NCBI RefSeq assembly: GCF_006345805.1
Contig: NC_043003.1
Coordinates: forward strand, 3,968,001-4,032,000
DNA from: Octopus sinensis
Lineage: Eukaryota
Length of the DNA: 64,000 bases
Direction: 5' to 3'
Both the position numbers and the translations under genes were made by a program. Each line of letters begins with the position of its first letter. Position 1 is the first letter of the stretch. Positions 12,083 to 24,546 of this stretch are shown here, piece after piece. The notes beneath the pieces are model-generated. The model was not told the origin of the DNA, made no database searches, and worked only from the letters and a program-made list of their open reading frames with translations.

Positions 12083-12398
12083 ACCATAGTACAAGCAAGA
12101 TTCCTACAAGTGACCACTAGTTGGCGCTGAGCTCGCAAATGCTCTCCTGACCGGCACAGCCTCTGCTCACTCTGTTCATGTGTTCATCTCGTTGTGGCAG
12201 CATCCCTATTATGTTTTTTTTTCCAGTGTTTTGTGCGGTTTTTGCTATTATTCTGTAATAATTAGTTGTGTTAGCCATAGGTCTTAAGACGGTTAGTGCA
12301 AAGGACAGTTTTGGGAAGAAGGAAAAGCTGATTGCGATAGAATTGAAGAAGGAAATCATTGATAAACATGAGAGAGGAGTGCATGTGTAGTGGTGGAC

Positions 12399-12637
12399 AT
12401 CATCATCATCATCGTTTAACGTCCGTTTTCCCAGCTAGCATGGGTTGGACGGTTCGACCGGGGTCTGGGAAGCCAGGAGGCTGCACCAGGCTCCAGTCTG
12501 ATCTGGCAGTGTTTCTACAGCTGTATGTCCTTCCTAATGCCAACCACTCCATGAGTGTAGTGGGTGCTTTTTACGTGTCACTGGCACAGGTGCCAGGAGA
12601 GGCTGGCAACGGCCATGATCGGTTGGTGCTTTTTACG
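12399..12637 (-). mobile_element. Family A insertion nested in the Tigger transposase
   Basis: Interrupts the reading frame after ...HERGVHV; transposase resumes at about 12638. Confidence 0.85.
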
Positions 12638-12895
12638 ACTGAAGCATGTCGACAATCTGCACCATCCTGAAGAAAAAAAGATGAGATCAAGGCTGTTACA
12701 ACAGCAAGGATGTCTCCAGGCTCTCCAAGCAACGCATATCTGTTCAACAAAGCGATGGAAAAATTGCTTCACCTGTGGATCAATACGAAGCAACTCACAG
12801 GGAATACAATTGCGGAGACCATCATCTGTGAGAAAGCAGGAGTGCTGTGTGAAGATATCTTGAAGCAGAACCCTGGAACATCAACAGAGGAGACA

Positions 12896-13165
12896 TCATC
12901 ATCGTTTAACGTCCGCTTTCCATGCTAGCATGGGTTGGACGATTTTGACTGAGGGCTGGCGAACCAGATGGCTGCACCAAGCTCCAATCTTGATCCGGCA
13001 GAGTTTCTACAGCTGGATGCTCTTCCTAACACCAATCACTCCGAGAGTGTAGTGGGTGCTTTTTACGTGGGGCCAGTCAGGCAGTACTGGCAATGACCTC
13101 GCTCGAATCTTTTTACACATGCCACCGGCACAGGTGCCAGCAAGGCGACATTGGTAATGATCTTA
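12896..13165 (-). mobile_element. Second family A insertion nested in the Tigger transposase
   Basis: Interrupts after ...PGTSTEETS; transposase resumes at about 13165. Confidence 0.85.
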
Positions 13166-14775
13166 AAACCAGTCACAGCTAGTTCAGTAATTTCGAGAAG
13201 AGGGCTGGTGTTCATAGCATCGTCAGGTATGGAGAAGCAGCGAGTTCTGACACAAAAGCAGCTGAGGGATACATTGCACAACAGGTATACAACTGTGATG
13301 AAACGGGCCTTTTTTTGAGAAAAAAAAATGCCCAGAAGAACCTATATACTGCAGAGGAGAAGAAAACGCCAAGCCACCAGCCTATGAAAGATAGGTAAAG
13401 TCTTACCCTTTGTGCCAATGTGAATGGAGACTTAAGATTAAGCTGTTCCTTGTCTATCATTCCGAAAACCCATGAGTGTTCAAGTCACAGAAAATCCTCA
13501 AGGAGAAGCTTCAGGTCATGTAGAGGGCAAGCATTAAAGCCTGGGTCATCTGGAAAATTCTTCGCAGAGTGGGTCGACCTCGTCTTTGGACCAGCTGTGA
13601 AAAAGTACCTTCTGGAAAATAGTCTTCCTCTCAAGGCCCTCTTCATCTTCGACAATGCTCTTGCTTACCCTTCTAACCTTGAAGATAATATCCTGGTTAA
13701 ATTTAAGTTCATAACAGTTCTGTACCTTTCATGCAACCCCACCCCTATTTTGCAACCCGTGAATCAACAGAGGATTTATAATTTTAAGAAATTGTACAAC
13801 AAATATCTGTTTCGTTGTTGCTTTGAAGTCCCTGAAAATACAAATCTAACCCTTTGCAAGTTTTGGAAGGAGCGCTACAACATTGTTAACTGTCTGAAAA
13901 TCATTGATATGGCCTGGCAGGGTCTAACGAGAAGAACGATGAATTCTACATGGAGGAAACTGTGGCCTGACTGCGTATCTGAAAGAGACTTTGAGGGGTT
14001 TGAGTCTGAGACACCTGTAGTCATAGAGATAGTGTTTCTTGGCAAGTCCATGGGCCTCGAGGTTGATGATGAGGACATTAATGATTTTGTCAAGGAACAC
14101 TCAGAGGAACTCCTGCAGCTTCAGGAGCAGCAGCATTTAGATGCGGTGGAAGAGATTGGTTCCCTGGAGGAGGACAGTTAGCAGAGAGGGCTATCTCCTC
14201 TACAAGTGACATAAAGGCAGTGTTGGCAAAGTGGCAGTATGCTTCTGAATTTGTAGAAAGAAAATCATCCTGAACAAGCAGAAACCGGTTGTGCAGCTGT
14301 TTCATTTAATGACTAAGATGCTCTGGCAGCGCATTTTTGTAATATTTTGAAAGGCAGGAAAAGCAGACTTCTCTTCATAGGTTTCTAGTGTAAAAAGTGA
14401 AGAAGGTGTCTCCAAGAAGCCTAAATTAAGCGGAGAGAGAAAACGCTAGAAATTGTTCTTCGGGAAGTTTTAATGGAAGAAGATTCCCCTTCCTCTCCGT
14501 TCCATCGTCTTCCTTGTGCACAAATCATCCCATCGTTAAAGGTAATTAAATTAATAAAACCAGTTTGCATATTTCTTTTGCATTCTCTTTCTTCTTATAA
14601 TTGCCATTTTTCTTGTAATTACCACTTTTCTGTTTTAAGACCCATAAAAATATGACTTTTTGGTGGTTTTGATGGGTTTTCCATGGCGAAAATTGATTTG
14701 TAAAACAAGTTCAGACATGGAACGAATTAAGCTCGTACTGCAAAGTATCACTGGGTATATATATGTGTGTGTGTG

Positions 14776-14812
<37 letters not shown>

Positions 14813-14965
14813 TCACACATATGTATTATATATATATATGCATATACATATGTATTATATATATATATGCATATACATATGTATTATATATATATATGCA
14901 TATACATATGTATTATATATATATATGCATATACATATGTATTATATATATATATATAATACATG

Positions 14966-15356
14966 AGTGGCTGTGTGGTAAGTAGCTTGTTTACTAGCCA
15001 CATGGTTCCGGGTTCAGTCCCACTGTGTGGCATCTTGGGCAAGTGTCTTCTACTATAGCCTCGGGCCGACCAAAGCCTTGTGAGTGGATTTGGTAGACGG
15101 TAACTGAAAGAAGCCCGTCGTATATATGTATATATATATGTATGTGTGTGTGTTTGTGTGTCTGTGTTTGTCCCCCTAGCATTGCTTGACAACTGATGCT
15201 GGTGTGTTTATGTCCCCGTCACTTTGCGGTTCGGCAAAAAGAGACCGATAGAATAAGTACTGGGCTTACAAACGAATAAGTCCCGGGGTCGAGTTGCTCG
15301 ATTAAAGGCGGTGCTCCAGCATGGCCGCAGTCAATGACTGAAACAAGTAAAAGAGT
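14966..15356 (+). mobile_element. SINE family B with internal (TA)n(TG)n
   Basis: GAGTGGCTGTGTGGTAAG...GAAGCCCGTCG(TA/TG)n...GGCCGCAGTCAATGACTGAAACAAGTAAAAGAG. Confidence 0.85.
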
Positions 15357-15412
15357 ATATGTATTATATATATATTTACATACACACATATACATATGTA
15401 TTATATGTATAT

Positions 15413-15461
<49 letters not shown>

Positions 15462-16340
15462 TATATACACACATACACATATATCTCAAGGCATACTCAT
15501 GCATATATGTATATCTGGGTATATGTATACACACACACACATGCATTCATACATATATGTATATGTGTGTGTGTGTGTCTGTGTGTGTGTGTGCATGAAG
15601 ATGCTTACGGTGATGTTCGTGGTAATGATGACTGGGTTAAGATGTGAGTGATGGCAACAGCAGCAGCACTACTATTACTACTAGTACTACTACTTGTAGT
15701 AGTAGTAGTAGTAGTAACAGAAGTAGAAAACCCCTAAACAGTTGAATTTAGTTGTAGAATCAGCTGTAAAAACTGCCATTGTATGTTTATTAGTCTTCTG
15801 CATTCCTTACTTACCTATTTCTGTGTCTGAGAATAGTTCCATTGGCTTGTCAGTACCATTATGAAACACATTATCTCTCAAATTCCACTCTTAGATATCT
15901 CTTCTTTGAAATAATTACACGTTTCTTTTGGTTGGTTTGTTTGTTTGTTTCATTCTTTACCATTCCGTACTTGGTTCCAATTCTGTTGTTTCATGTCTAC
16001 AATTCCATGCCTGCTTTCTGAAGACCATCATTCTTGTGAAGGAATTTTTCTTCGTTTCACTCTGAACTCTGTAGTTAGTTACACACTGCTTCTGCCGTAC
16101 ACTGTGTCTTCCCCTGCCCTATATTATTATTATGTGCACAGAGTTTACAAACAACAAGCTGAAATAACTTTCTCCCCCTACTCACTAATTTACCCCCCTC
16201 CCTCGTGATATATATATTTGGCAATTACCACATTTACTTGTGTGTAAGTCACACCCCAAATTTAGTTTTAAATCTTGGTATGAAAAGCCAAATTTGGCAT
16301 CTTTGAATGTGGTTTCCATCCATAGCTCCGGTCATGGATG

Positions 16341-16560
16341 TTCATCATCATCATTGTTCGACCGTGGTCGAGACAATGGAATTTACCATGCTACGCCAGA
16401 CTTCACAGTCCATCATGGCATTACGGAGGTCCTGTTGCTGGATGCCTGTATCCCTGGAGATTACATCAGGGATCAGGGTAGGAGAGTGTGCGCCCTCTGG
16501 TATTGCGAGTAGATGGCTTCCAGAGGAGAAGTTGAGTAATGAGTGCAATCATCAATACAA
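16341..16560 (-). pseudogene. RTE-clade LINE RT C-terminus with (GAT)n tail
   Basis: Frameshifted WKPSTRNTRGRTL..PDVISRDTGIQQQDLRNAMMDCEVWRSMVNSIVSTTVEQ* followed by TGATGATGA. Confidence 0.8.
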
Positions 16561-16654
16561 GTAACGGAAATTGGGGTTCTTCTTCTGAAGGGTCTTTGGA
16601 GTAATGTTACTCTACAGGGTTCATAGTTCAGGGGTCTGGGAATCTCTCCAGGTC

Positions 16655-16960
16655 GACCTGTTACTTCTCTGCATCGAGAAGTCATGGCTCTGGTACTACG
16701 GACGTATGATTAGAATGTTGCAGGGAAGGATCACAAGATGGATTCTGCAAGTGGCGCCAAATGGCAGGAGGCCCAGAGTAAACCAAGAATGGATAATATC
16801 TATAGACTCAGTTGATCACTCTTGAAAATCAAGCCAGAAAGTCTAATGACGGTTACTTCTGATTGGACTCTATGAAGGAACTGTCCAAGGATCCCACCTC
16901 CATCACCCTCCCATGAATATCACATGGACAAAATGGATGGATGGATGGATCTTGGTACCA
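16655..16960 (+). pseudogene. Second RTE-clade LINE 3' fragment with (GGAT)n tail
   Basis: IEKSWLWYYGRMIRMLQGRITRWILQVAPNGRRPR, resembling the RWYGHV.RM...GRRPRG RT C-terminus. Confidence 0.75.
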
Positions 16961-17658
16961 AATCTTTTTTCCTTTCATATTCAAACTTGATATTACTTTC
17001 CCCTATGTAGAAGTCGCACACTAGTTTTCTCGGTTAAAGTTGTGTATAAAATACCATGGCTTTTCACGATAATTAACATTTCCTTCTTCAACCATAATTA
17101 ACATGTTTAATTGACATATGGACTCAATATCTGAATATCTCCTGTCTATCAGTCGTGGCATGCTTTATGAGAAAGCTTAGGAGCAATAGCAGGAACTGTC
17201 AAAGAGAACTTCCTGACAGTTCTTACATTATCATGGAATCAGAGTTTAGTGCTGGTGGTGGTGGTGGTGGAGTGGGGGGGGGGACAGTATGGCAGTGATG
17301 TCTTTGGAGAAAAGACTCTAATTGGAAATTAGTGTTGAGTTTCAAGACTTACAGTAAGGACTTCTACTGCTACAATACATATGCAATCCCTAACACATGC
17401 ACGTGCACACCAGTGCATGCATACACACCCACCAACATGCGTGCACCCATGCATACATCAACAGACGGAGGGGATCAAATCACTTGTGACACTCCTGACA
17501 TTATTTCACATGACGATGTGGTTTGAGGGAGGTTTAGCTACTATTTTTAACTGGTGGAGCTAACATATAAAGGTTGGTAAATGCAACTAGAGTTGAACAT
17601 TTTATAAGCACAGATTGAATTCAAGGTTTTGCAGAAGGCCAGGAAATTCGGGAAGAAT

Positions 17659-17694
<36 letters not shown>

Positions 17695-19010
17695 ATGTGA
17701 GACAACAAAGAGAAGACGGAATTGATTTGGCAGAGATAAAGGATTTGATAGAATGGATAAAATTTTGTTTATGGTTGTTTGGGGTGATTTATGTCTTCTG
17801 TGTGACAGATCAACCAAATCTATTTTGTGTAACAGATACGGAGTTAGAGAGGTTATTAATTATAAGACACACAAACACGCATACATATCACCTGTATACA
17901 TACACACAGCACATGTATATACTCCACACCACATGCTATCCCATATTCATAGTTGCAAATACACACACTTGCACACACACACACACTGGCACATAATAAT
18001 GTATATATATAGCACATACATACACATGCAATACCGGCATATAACTTAGAATAACTTAGAAAGGTTTTGGCCAGTATCGGCCCAGGCCATGTATAACTTA
18101 ATACCACCTATACAAATACATTAAACTTGTGCATATACAACGTACACACACACACAAACACATGTGCGTGCGCACACACACACACACACACACACGCTGC
18201 TACACACTTAGTCCAACACAGAAGCCTTTACTGAAGATGGACAGAATCGGTGGAGCAACAGACAATTGCTATGTAATATTTAGTTATTTCTTCTCGGGGT
18301 CTGTGTTCATATCTCACTGAAATTCACACTGTCGTCTCCCTCCCCAGGGTAAAAACAGTGTACCAGTCATGTACTAGGGTTGGTTTATTTTGTCATAAAC
18401 CATCCTACATTCCACGTTACAAATCATCCCCATGTTATAAAGCACCCCACATGCTATAAACCAGGCATTGGCAACTTTTTCCCCCAAAAGTGGGCCACAT
18501 GAGGCTTGGATCCTCACCAGTGAGGCTGTACTGCTAAAAGACTTTTAGGTAATTCTTTGATGGCAAGGTATTCACAAAGTCCCGTGGGTCACAGTTTGCT
18601 TATGACTGTTATCAACTCCCCTCCCCTATGGGAGCAGAATTATTCAAGTAAGGAGGGACAATCTCCTATTTTCCTTTCTTCAGATAATAGTTTTGTCCAA
18701 ATCATTGATTGCTGCATAGTCCAATATTGTCTGGTATAGTCTTGTAAAGCTGTGATATGGTCGCAGATACCACCACCATCACCACCACCACCACTCTTGC
18801 TATCTTTACTGTTCCCTCAGCCGTTCTATCGCTGCCCCATCAATAAACCGAAACCGCAGAAAACCATCCAGAAATGCTGACAAAAGTGATTCAGGTGGGA
18901 GTCGAAGATAGTCTGGGTGATATGAGATAAGAATTCTGGAGTGGATGGCGCAAACGGAATATGTTACCGATGACTTAACTGTCAATATTTTATGCTGACA
19001 GTGCCACTGA

Positions 19011-19757
19011 GTAATTTACCCTAAAGCTGCAAATACCCCAACCGAGGGAACACTCATAACCGATTTTATTATAGACAACATAACTTGTCAGGAGAAGATC
19101 TTACTGGTACACACTATCAGTAGCAGAGGCAACACTGAGGCCCTCCTACCATGCCACACACCGCCAATCAGGCTCAGCTCGTGTTTGTCAAATCTTTGTT
19201 CCTTAATAGATGTAAGTACTGTTTGCCAAATGCAGTATTTGTGTTTGGCATTTGAAGAACTGTTCTGTATAAGCCTAGTTCAACCATTTTGGACTTCAGA
19301 GACCTTCTTTGACATTCGCTCAACCATTTCACTTCCCATTGTCTCCCATAACAGCCCAGTTTTAGGGTTGATATCAAGTTTTCGAACATCACGAGTTGAT
19401 GGGAAACTGTTAGATGAGAGGCAGACATTTAGAGTTTTCGGAGATTTCAAGAGAAAAGTAAAACAATTCCTGGATAAAGAACTCTCTTTGGGGATAAAAA
19501 AGAAAACATCGTATAGGTGCGTTAGCTGTGACTTCAATTATTTTCCGTTCGGAAGTTTCCAGCGCGATGTGAATCATTTTGTTACCATAGTTACAACACG
19601 AAAGAAAGAAAAAAAGAAAAAAATCAACACTGGAATATTTCAGTTAGAGGGAACTAACTCTTTTAGGAATATGTTCAGAGTTATCCCCCTTGACAATTTC
19701 ACATTTATTGAGCTTCTGCTTTTTTTTTTTTTTAAATCCGTCCTTTACATTCTGTAG
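19011..19757 (+). other. Stop-free frame of 248 codons in unique sequence, function unknown
   Basis: Track ORF 19185-19757 extends upstream in frame to the TGA at 19008-19010; no recognisable domain. Confidence 0.25.
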
Positions 19758-19914
19758 GGACAGGGACATTTAAAGGTCAGGCTTAGGGAGTCCTTCTCAA
19801 TGGAAGGGGCCATGACTTCTTTAATAATTACTTCCCTCTACACCGTCATTAACCATTTTACATATAAACTGGAAACGAAAAGCCACTGGTCATTGGCGAA
19901 GAACCGATGTCCTT

Positions 19915-20292
19915 ACTCTTTTACTGCGGCCATGCTGGAGCATCGCCTTTAATCGAGCAACTCGACCCCGGTACTTATTCTTTTGTAAGCCCAGTACTTA
20001 TTCTATCGGTCTATTTTGCCGAACCGCTTAGTAACGGGGACGTAAACACACCAGCATCGGTTGTCAAGCAATGCTAGGGGGACAAGCACAGACACACACA
20101 CACACACACACACACATATTTATATATACATATATACGACTGGCTTCTTTCAGTTTCCGTCTACCAAATCCACTCACAAGGCTTTGGTCGACCCGAGGCT
20201 ATAGTAGAAGACACTTGCCCAAGGTGCCATGCAGTCGACTGAACCCGGAACCATGTGGTTGGTTAGCAAGCTACTACTTACCACACAGCCAC
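19915..20292 (-). mobile_element. SINE family B
   Basis: Reverse complement of 14966-15356. Confidence 0.85.
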
Positions 20293-20839
20293 TGCTGCGC
20301 CTTGTTAAATTGATTCTAACAACGAGATTCCAACAAAAGCATCGCAGTTTCTTAGAATTCTATTCACATCTTCGACGCTCCATCGAAATTGTGGTTCGAT
20401 CCTCAGTACAAAGTAGTTCGATCTCAGAAGTTTGAAGGACAAAGCCGACCTCGGCGAAATTCGAACTCAGAACGGGAAAAGCCGTTACAAAATAGCACAA
20501 GGTGTTTTGTCCGATGCTATCCCGATTTTTCCAGTTCTTCACTAAATTTTATCCGATTTGGATTGTTTTGCGTCTCGTTGAAACGGAGATAGTTTCGGAT
20601 CAAGAGTTTGGAAGATTCAAACCGTGAATGAACATCATTATTCATTTTATTCCCGGGTTCAATTCGTCTTCTTCAGTGTGTCAGCGCTTCTTTTAATCAA
20701 AGTTTCCTTACAGATCTGCATGAACAGGTGATCGAATCGATTTTATCAACTGATCCTAACAAAATCGATCTCGAACAGGATTTTAATCTGTGACGCTGAG
20801 TGAGGAATGTAAACATATATTGACTGTTTATATTATATA

Positions 20840-20946
20840 GAGGACACTGTTACACATAGATGCGTCCCGCTAGGAGGGACTCTTAAAAGCAAAACTACTA
20901 AAGGAGTCCCTCTTAGCGTGAGGCATCTATGTGTAATAGTGCCCTC
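20840..20946. mobile_element. 107-bp foldback MITE-like element flanked by TATA, GAG...CTC termini
   Basis: Arms 20831-20882 and 20904-20955 (52 bp, 5 mismatches), 21-nt loop. Confidence 0.65.
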
Positions 20947-21675
20947 TATATAATACAAATAAATAAATTCAAAGGAAAAAAATTGATGATTTTTTTTTCT
21001 CTTATGAGGTTTTTCACGCTAACTACTTGATAAATTCTTATAAAGATTTTATCCTATTTTTAAATTAGAGATCGCAAACTATGGCATTATTGCCTCTCTC
21101 TCTTCCTCTCTCCCCTCTCTGTCTGTCTGTCTGTTTCTCTCTCTCTCTCTCTCTCTCTTAAAGACGTTTAACAAACATTGAAAGTCTTTCGTCATTTTTG
21201 CATCTTTCTGTGTTTTTTTATGAAACTCGCCATCCTTTTCACCATTTCTACATCTTCAACGATGATGATATTACGAAACAAACAATATAATAATAATAAT
21301 AAAACAATTGCTTCTATCGATCCTGCATATAGACCCCCACCCTCCTCCGCACCACTTCCACCCTCTCTGCTATTTAAACTTTAATAAACCACAATTATTT
21401 CCTCATAATTCATTCATTGGCCTTCGTCAAAAGCGAGCCACCTACAGTTGTCTCCCTTACTCTTTTTCCCTCTTTATTTTGTTTTTGAGTCGGTCTACAG
21501 CTGTGTAGACTCGAGGCCCCATCTTAGAAGCACTGGGTCTCAACTATTTTCCTTTTGTGGACCTCAGTGGTTCCTCTTTTGCTCTACTGGACCTCCATAA
21601 CCATTTGATGTCTATAAAAACATCCTACTGTATTTTTATAATTATCAGGAATTGTATATATATAAAAAAAAAATA

Positions 21676-21870
21676 TTCTTTTCTACGCTAGGTACAAGGC
21701 CCGAAATTTTTGGGGAGGGGGGGCAGTCGAATTAGATCGACCTCAGTACGCAACTGGTACATAATTTATCGACCTTGAAAGGATCAAAGGGAAAGTCGGC
21801 CTTGACAGAATTTGAACTCAGAACGTAACGACAGACGAAATACTGCTAAGCATTTCGCCCGGAGTGCTAA
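21676..21870 (-). mobile_element. SINE family C
   Basis: Reverse complement of the 7094-type head and central domain. Confidence 0.75.
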
Positions 21871-21889
21871 ATTGTATAAAAAATATTAT

Positions 21890-22294
21890 CTTTTACTCTT
21901 TTACTTGTTTCAGTCATTTGACTGCGGCCATGCTGGAGCACCGCCTTTAGTCGAGCAAATCGACCCCGGGACTTATTCTTTGTAAGCCCAGTACTTATTC
22001 TATCGGTGTCTTTTGCTGAACCGCTAAGTGACGGGGACGTAAACACACCAGCATCGGTTGTCAAGCAATGCTAGGGGGACAAACACAGACACACAAACAC
22101 ACACGCACACATATATACATATATATACATATATACGACGGGCTTCTTTCAGTTTCCGTCTACCAAATCCACTCACAAGGCTTTGGTCGGGCCAAGGCTA
22201 TAGCAGAAGACACCCAAGGTGCCACGCAGTGGGACTGAACCTGGAACCATGTGGTTGGTAAGCAAGCCACTTACCACACAGCCACTCCTGCGCC
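21890..22294 (-). mobile_element. SINE family B, near full length
   Basis: CTCTTTTACTTGTTTCAGTCATTTGACTGCGGCC...TTACCACACAGCCACTCCTGCGCC. Confidence 0.85.
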
Positions 22295-22936
22295 TTTAAA
22301 ATTTTTTTAAATATTATATTTTATTGTAGATGTATAAACAATTTATTGCACAAATTTTAACAACAAAATCTTATATGTCCTTCCCCCCCGGGGTGGGATG
22401 GGGGGCATATGGCACCTAGTTGAGAACCACTGACCTATAGTCTCTACCTGTAATTGGCTGATCTAAGCAAGATCTATGATTGTTCAGTGGTGTAGTTGCT
22501 AGTCTTTTGCTGTTTGGATCTAAGATTGGTCTATAGCTGACTGTGGTCTATAACTGTATAGACTGGTCTATAACTGCGGCAAGGCTTTTCAAATGAAATA
22601 CAGTTATAGTTACTAATATTAGAAAGAAAAAAAAAGAAGAAAAAAAAGAACTAAACTTGTAAGTTTTCAACCATGTGATTCATGTTTCTTTCACCACATG
22701 AAACTACATGTTTCAAGTTGTTTTACATTTACAAAGTTATTCTGTTTCAAATTCTTGAATTTATTATTTCAGTATCAAATTCTACCTGCAATGACTTAAT
22801 AATTATCTCCTAATTACTAATTACCTCATCATCAAATCATTAAGTGTTGCCTAACCATTACCTTGTATCTGATTAACTGCCTAACTTTTATCCGACTGTT
22901 ATCTAACTATCATCCTAATTATTACCTATCATCTAC

Positions 22937-23235
22937 AATGTGGAGGCACATGGCCTAGTGGTTAGAGCAGCAGGCTTGTGGTTGAGGGATCACGGGTTCG
23001 AATCTCAGACAGGGTGATGTGTGTGTTTATGAGTGAAACACCTAAGCTCCATGTGGCTTAGGTAACAGTGAACTTCTACTGACTCTTTTGCCACAACTTT
23101 CTCTCAATCTTTCCCCCTGCATCTAGCAGCTCACCTGCAATGGACTGGCGTCCTGTCCAGGTGGGGAACCTTTATGTCAATGAAACCAGGAAACTGGCCC
23201 CTTATGAGCCAAGCATGGCTTGAGAAGGAACAAAC
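22937..23235 (+). mobile_element. tRNA SINE with a V-domain-like segment
   Basis: TGGCCTAGTGGTTAGAGC A box, GGGTTCGAATC B box, CCTGCAATGGACTGGCGTCCTGTCCAGG resembling the V-SINE central motif. Confidence 0.7.
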
Positions 23236-23931
23236 AGTAACATTATCTATTATCTATTCCTTAACTACTGTCCAGCTACTATGTAACCGCCATCGGTTGC
23301 TTAACTATTCTTAAATTATTTTCTTATCTGGGATGCATTTGCTGTCGTTTGGCCCCATGGACCTTATAGATGGAAACGAAAAGGGGCCCATTGTATCTGC
23401 ATGTCTGTTGTCTAAACACAACGTATGTAGATCACCCCACCATAGACACTGGATGCTTCCTCTCAAAGACCTCCCTCGATGTATGCTGGACGGAGTTGGA
23501 TGGTGTGCTCAAGTTAAAAATGTCTGAGCAAGATCAGTCAGCTGATGATGATGATTGTGTCTGCTTTGGAATGGCTTCTGTGGGTGGATTACCTCTGTGA
23601 ACCTCTCCACATCTGGCTTAAAGCCACCTCCCTCAATACCCCACCCCCACCTGAAATTGAGGGGTTCTTGCCTTACATGTTACTTGGTGACCCCACTAGG
23701 GCCGGTGCCACATAAAAAGCACCCAGTCCACACTCTGTGAACTGGTTGGCATTAAGAAGGGCATCTACCCACAGAAGCCATTCCAAAGCAGACATTGCAA
23801 CTCGGCACACTCCTCTGCTTTGCCGCTGCCTCTCAAACTGTCCGACCCAAACCACTCTGGGAGTCGGACATTAAATGGTAATGATCATTATGATGATATA
23901 TGTATGTGTATGAATATATATATATATATTT

Positions 23932-24264
23932 TAGTGGGTTGGGCCGGTTTATGGGGTTACCCTGTGTTTCTCACTCAAAAGGGGTTTAGCCTTATGGTGT
24001 ATCTTCAGACTCCAAACACTGCTGGCCTGAGACTTCTTTAAAATATGGAGCGGGGGTGGGGAAGCCTCATTTATAAGGGTAAAAACCCTAAGTGATGATC
24101 ATCTCCTTTTGCCATTGTCCACCTATCTTTGGCCACATTTTTCCCCTCCATATTTTAAAGAGATCTCAGGCCAGCAGTGTCTGGGGTCTGAAGATATGCT
24201 TTAAGGCTAAACCCCTTATGAGTGAAAATCCCATGGTAACCCCATAAACTGGCCTACCCCACTA
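23932..24264. mobile_element. MITE with about 124-bp TIRs, TAGTG...CACTA ends (hAT-like)
   Basis: Arms 23932-24055 and 24143-24264; flanks ATATATTT / TAATATTT as a possible decayed 8-bp TSD. Confidence 0.75.
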
Positions 24265-24546
24265 TAATATTTACTGGTCTATATCTTAGAGTGTGTTTCT
24301 CCTCCGGATTTATGTATTTCTACAAACGATATGTGTATGTGTGTGTGTGTGTGTGTGTATATGGAGTGGTTGGCATTAGGAAGGGCATCCAGCCGTAGAA
24401 ACATTGCCAGATCAGACTGGGCCTGGTGCAGCCTTCTGGCTTCCCAGACCTCAGTTAAGCCGTCCAACCCATGCCAACATGGAAAGTGGACGCTAAATGA
24501 TGATGATGATGATACATATATATATATATATATATATCTGTGAATA

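Larger units (their letters stand above)
12275..14181 (+). pseudogene. Tigger/pogo transposase (CENP-B-type HTH plus DDE_1), frameshifts, stops and two nested insertions
   Basis: IAIELKKEIIDKHERGVHV; MEKLLHLWINTKQLTGNTIAETIICEKA; QQVYNCDETG; PMKDR; FAEWVDLVFGPAVKKYL...ALFIFDNALAYP...PILQPVNQQRIYNFKKLY. Confidence 0.9.
12085..14753 (+). mobile_element. Decayed pogo/Tigger-family DNA transposon
   Basis: Transposase remnants plus a right terminus reading CAGTGATACTTTGCAGTACGAGCTTAATTCGTTCC on the minus strand (pogo-type CAGT end); left TIR not seen. Confidence 0.85.

Noticed and set aside
24185-24220. CTGAAGA...TAAAC inside the MITE TIR
   Set aside because: No stem II pairing, and TAAAC in both arms; coincidence.
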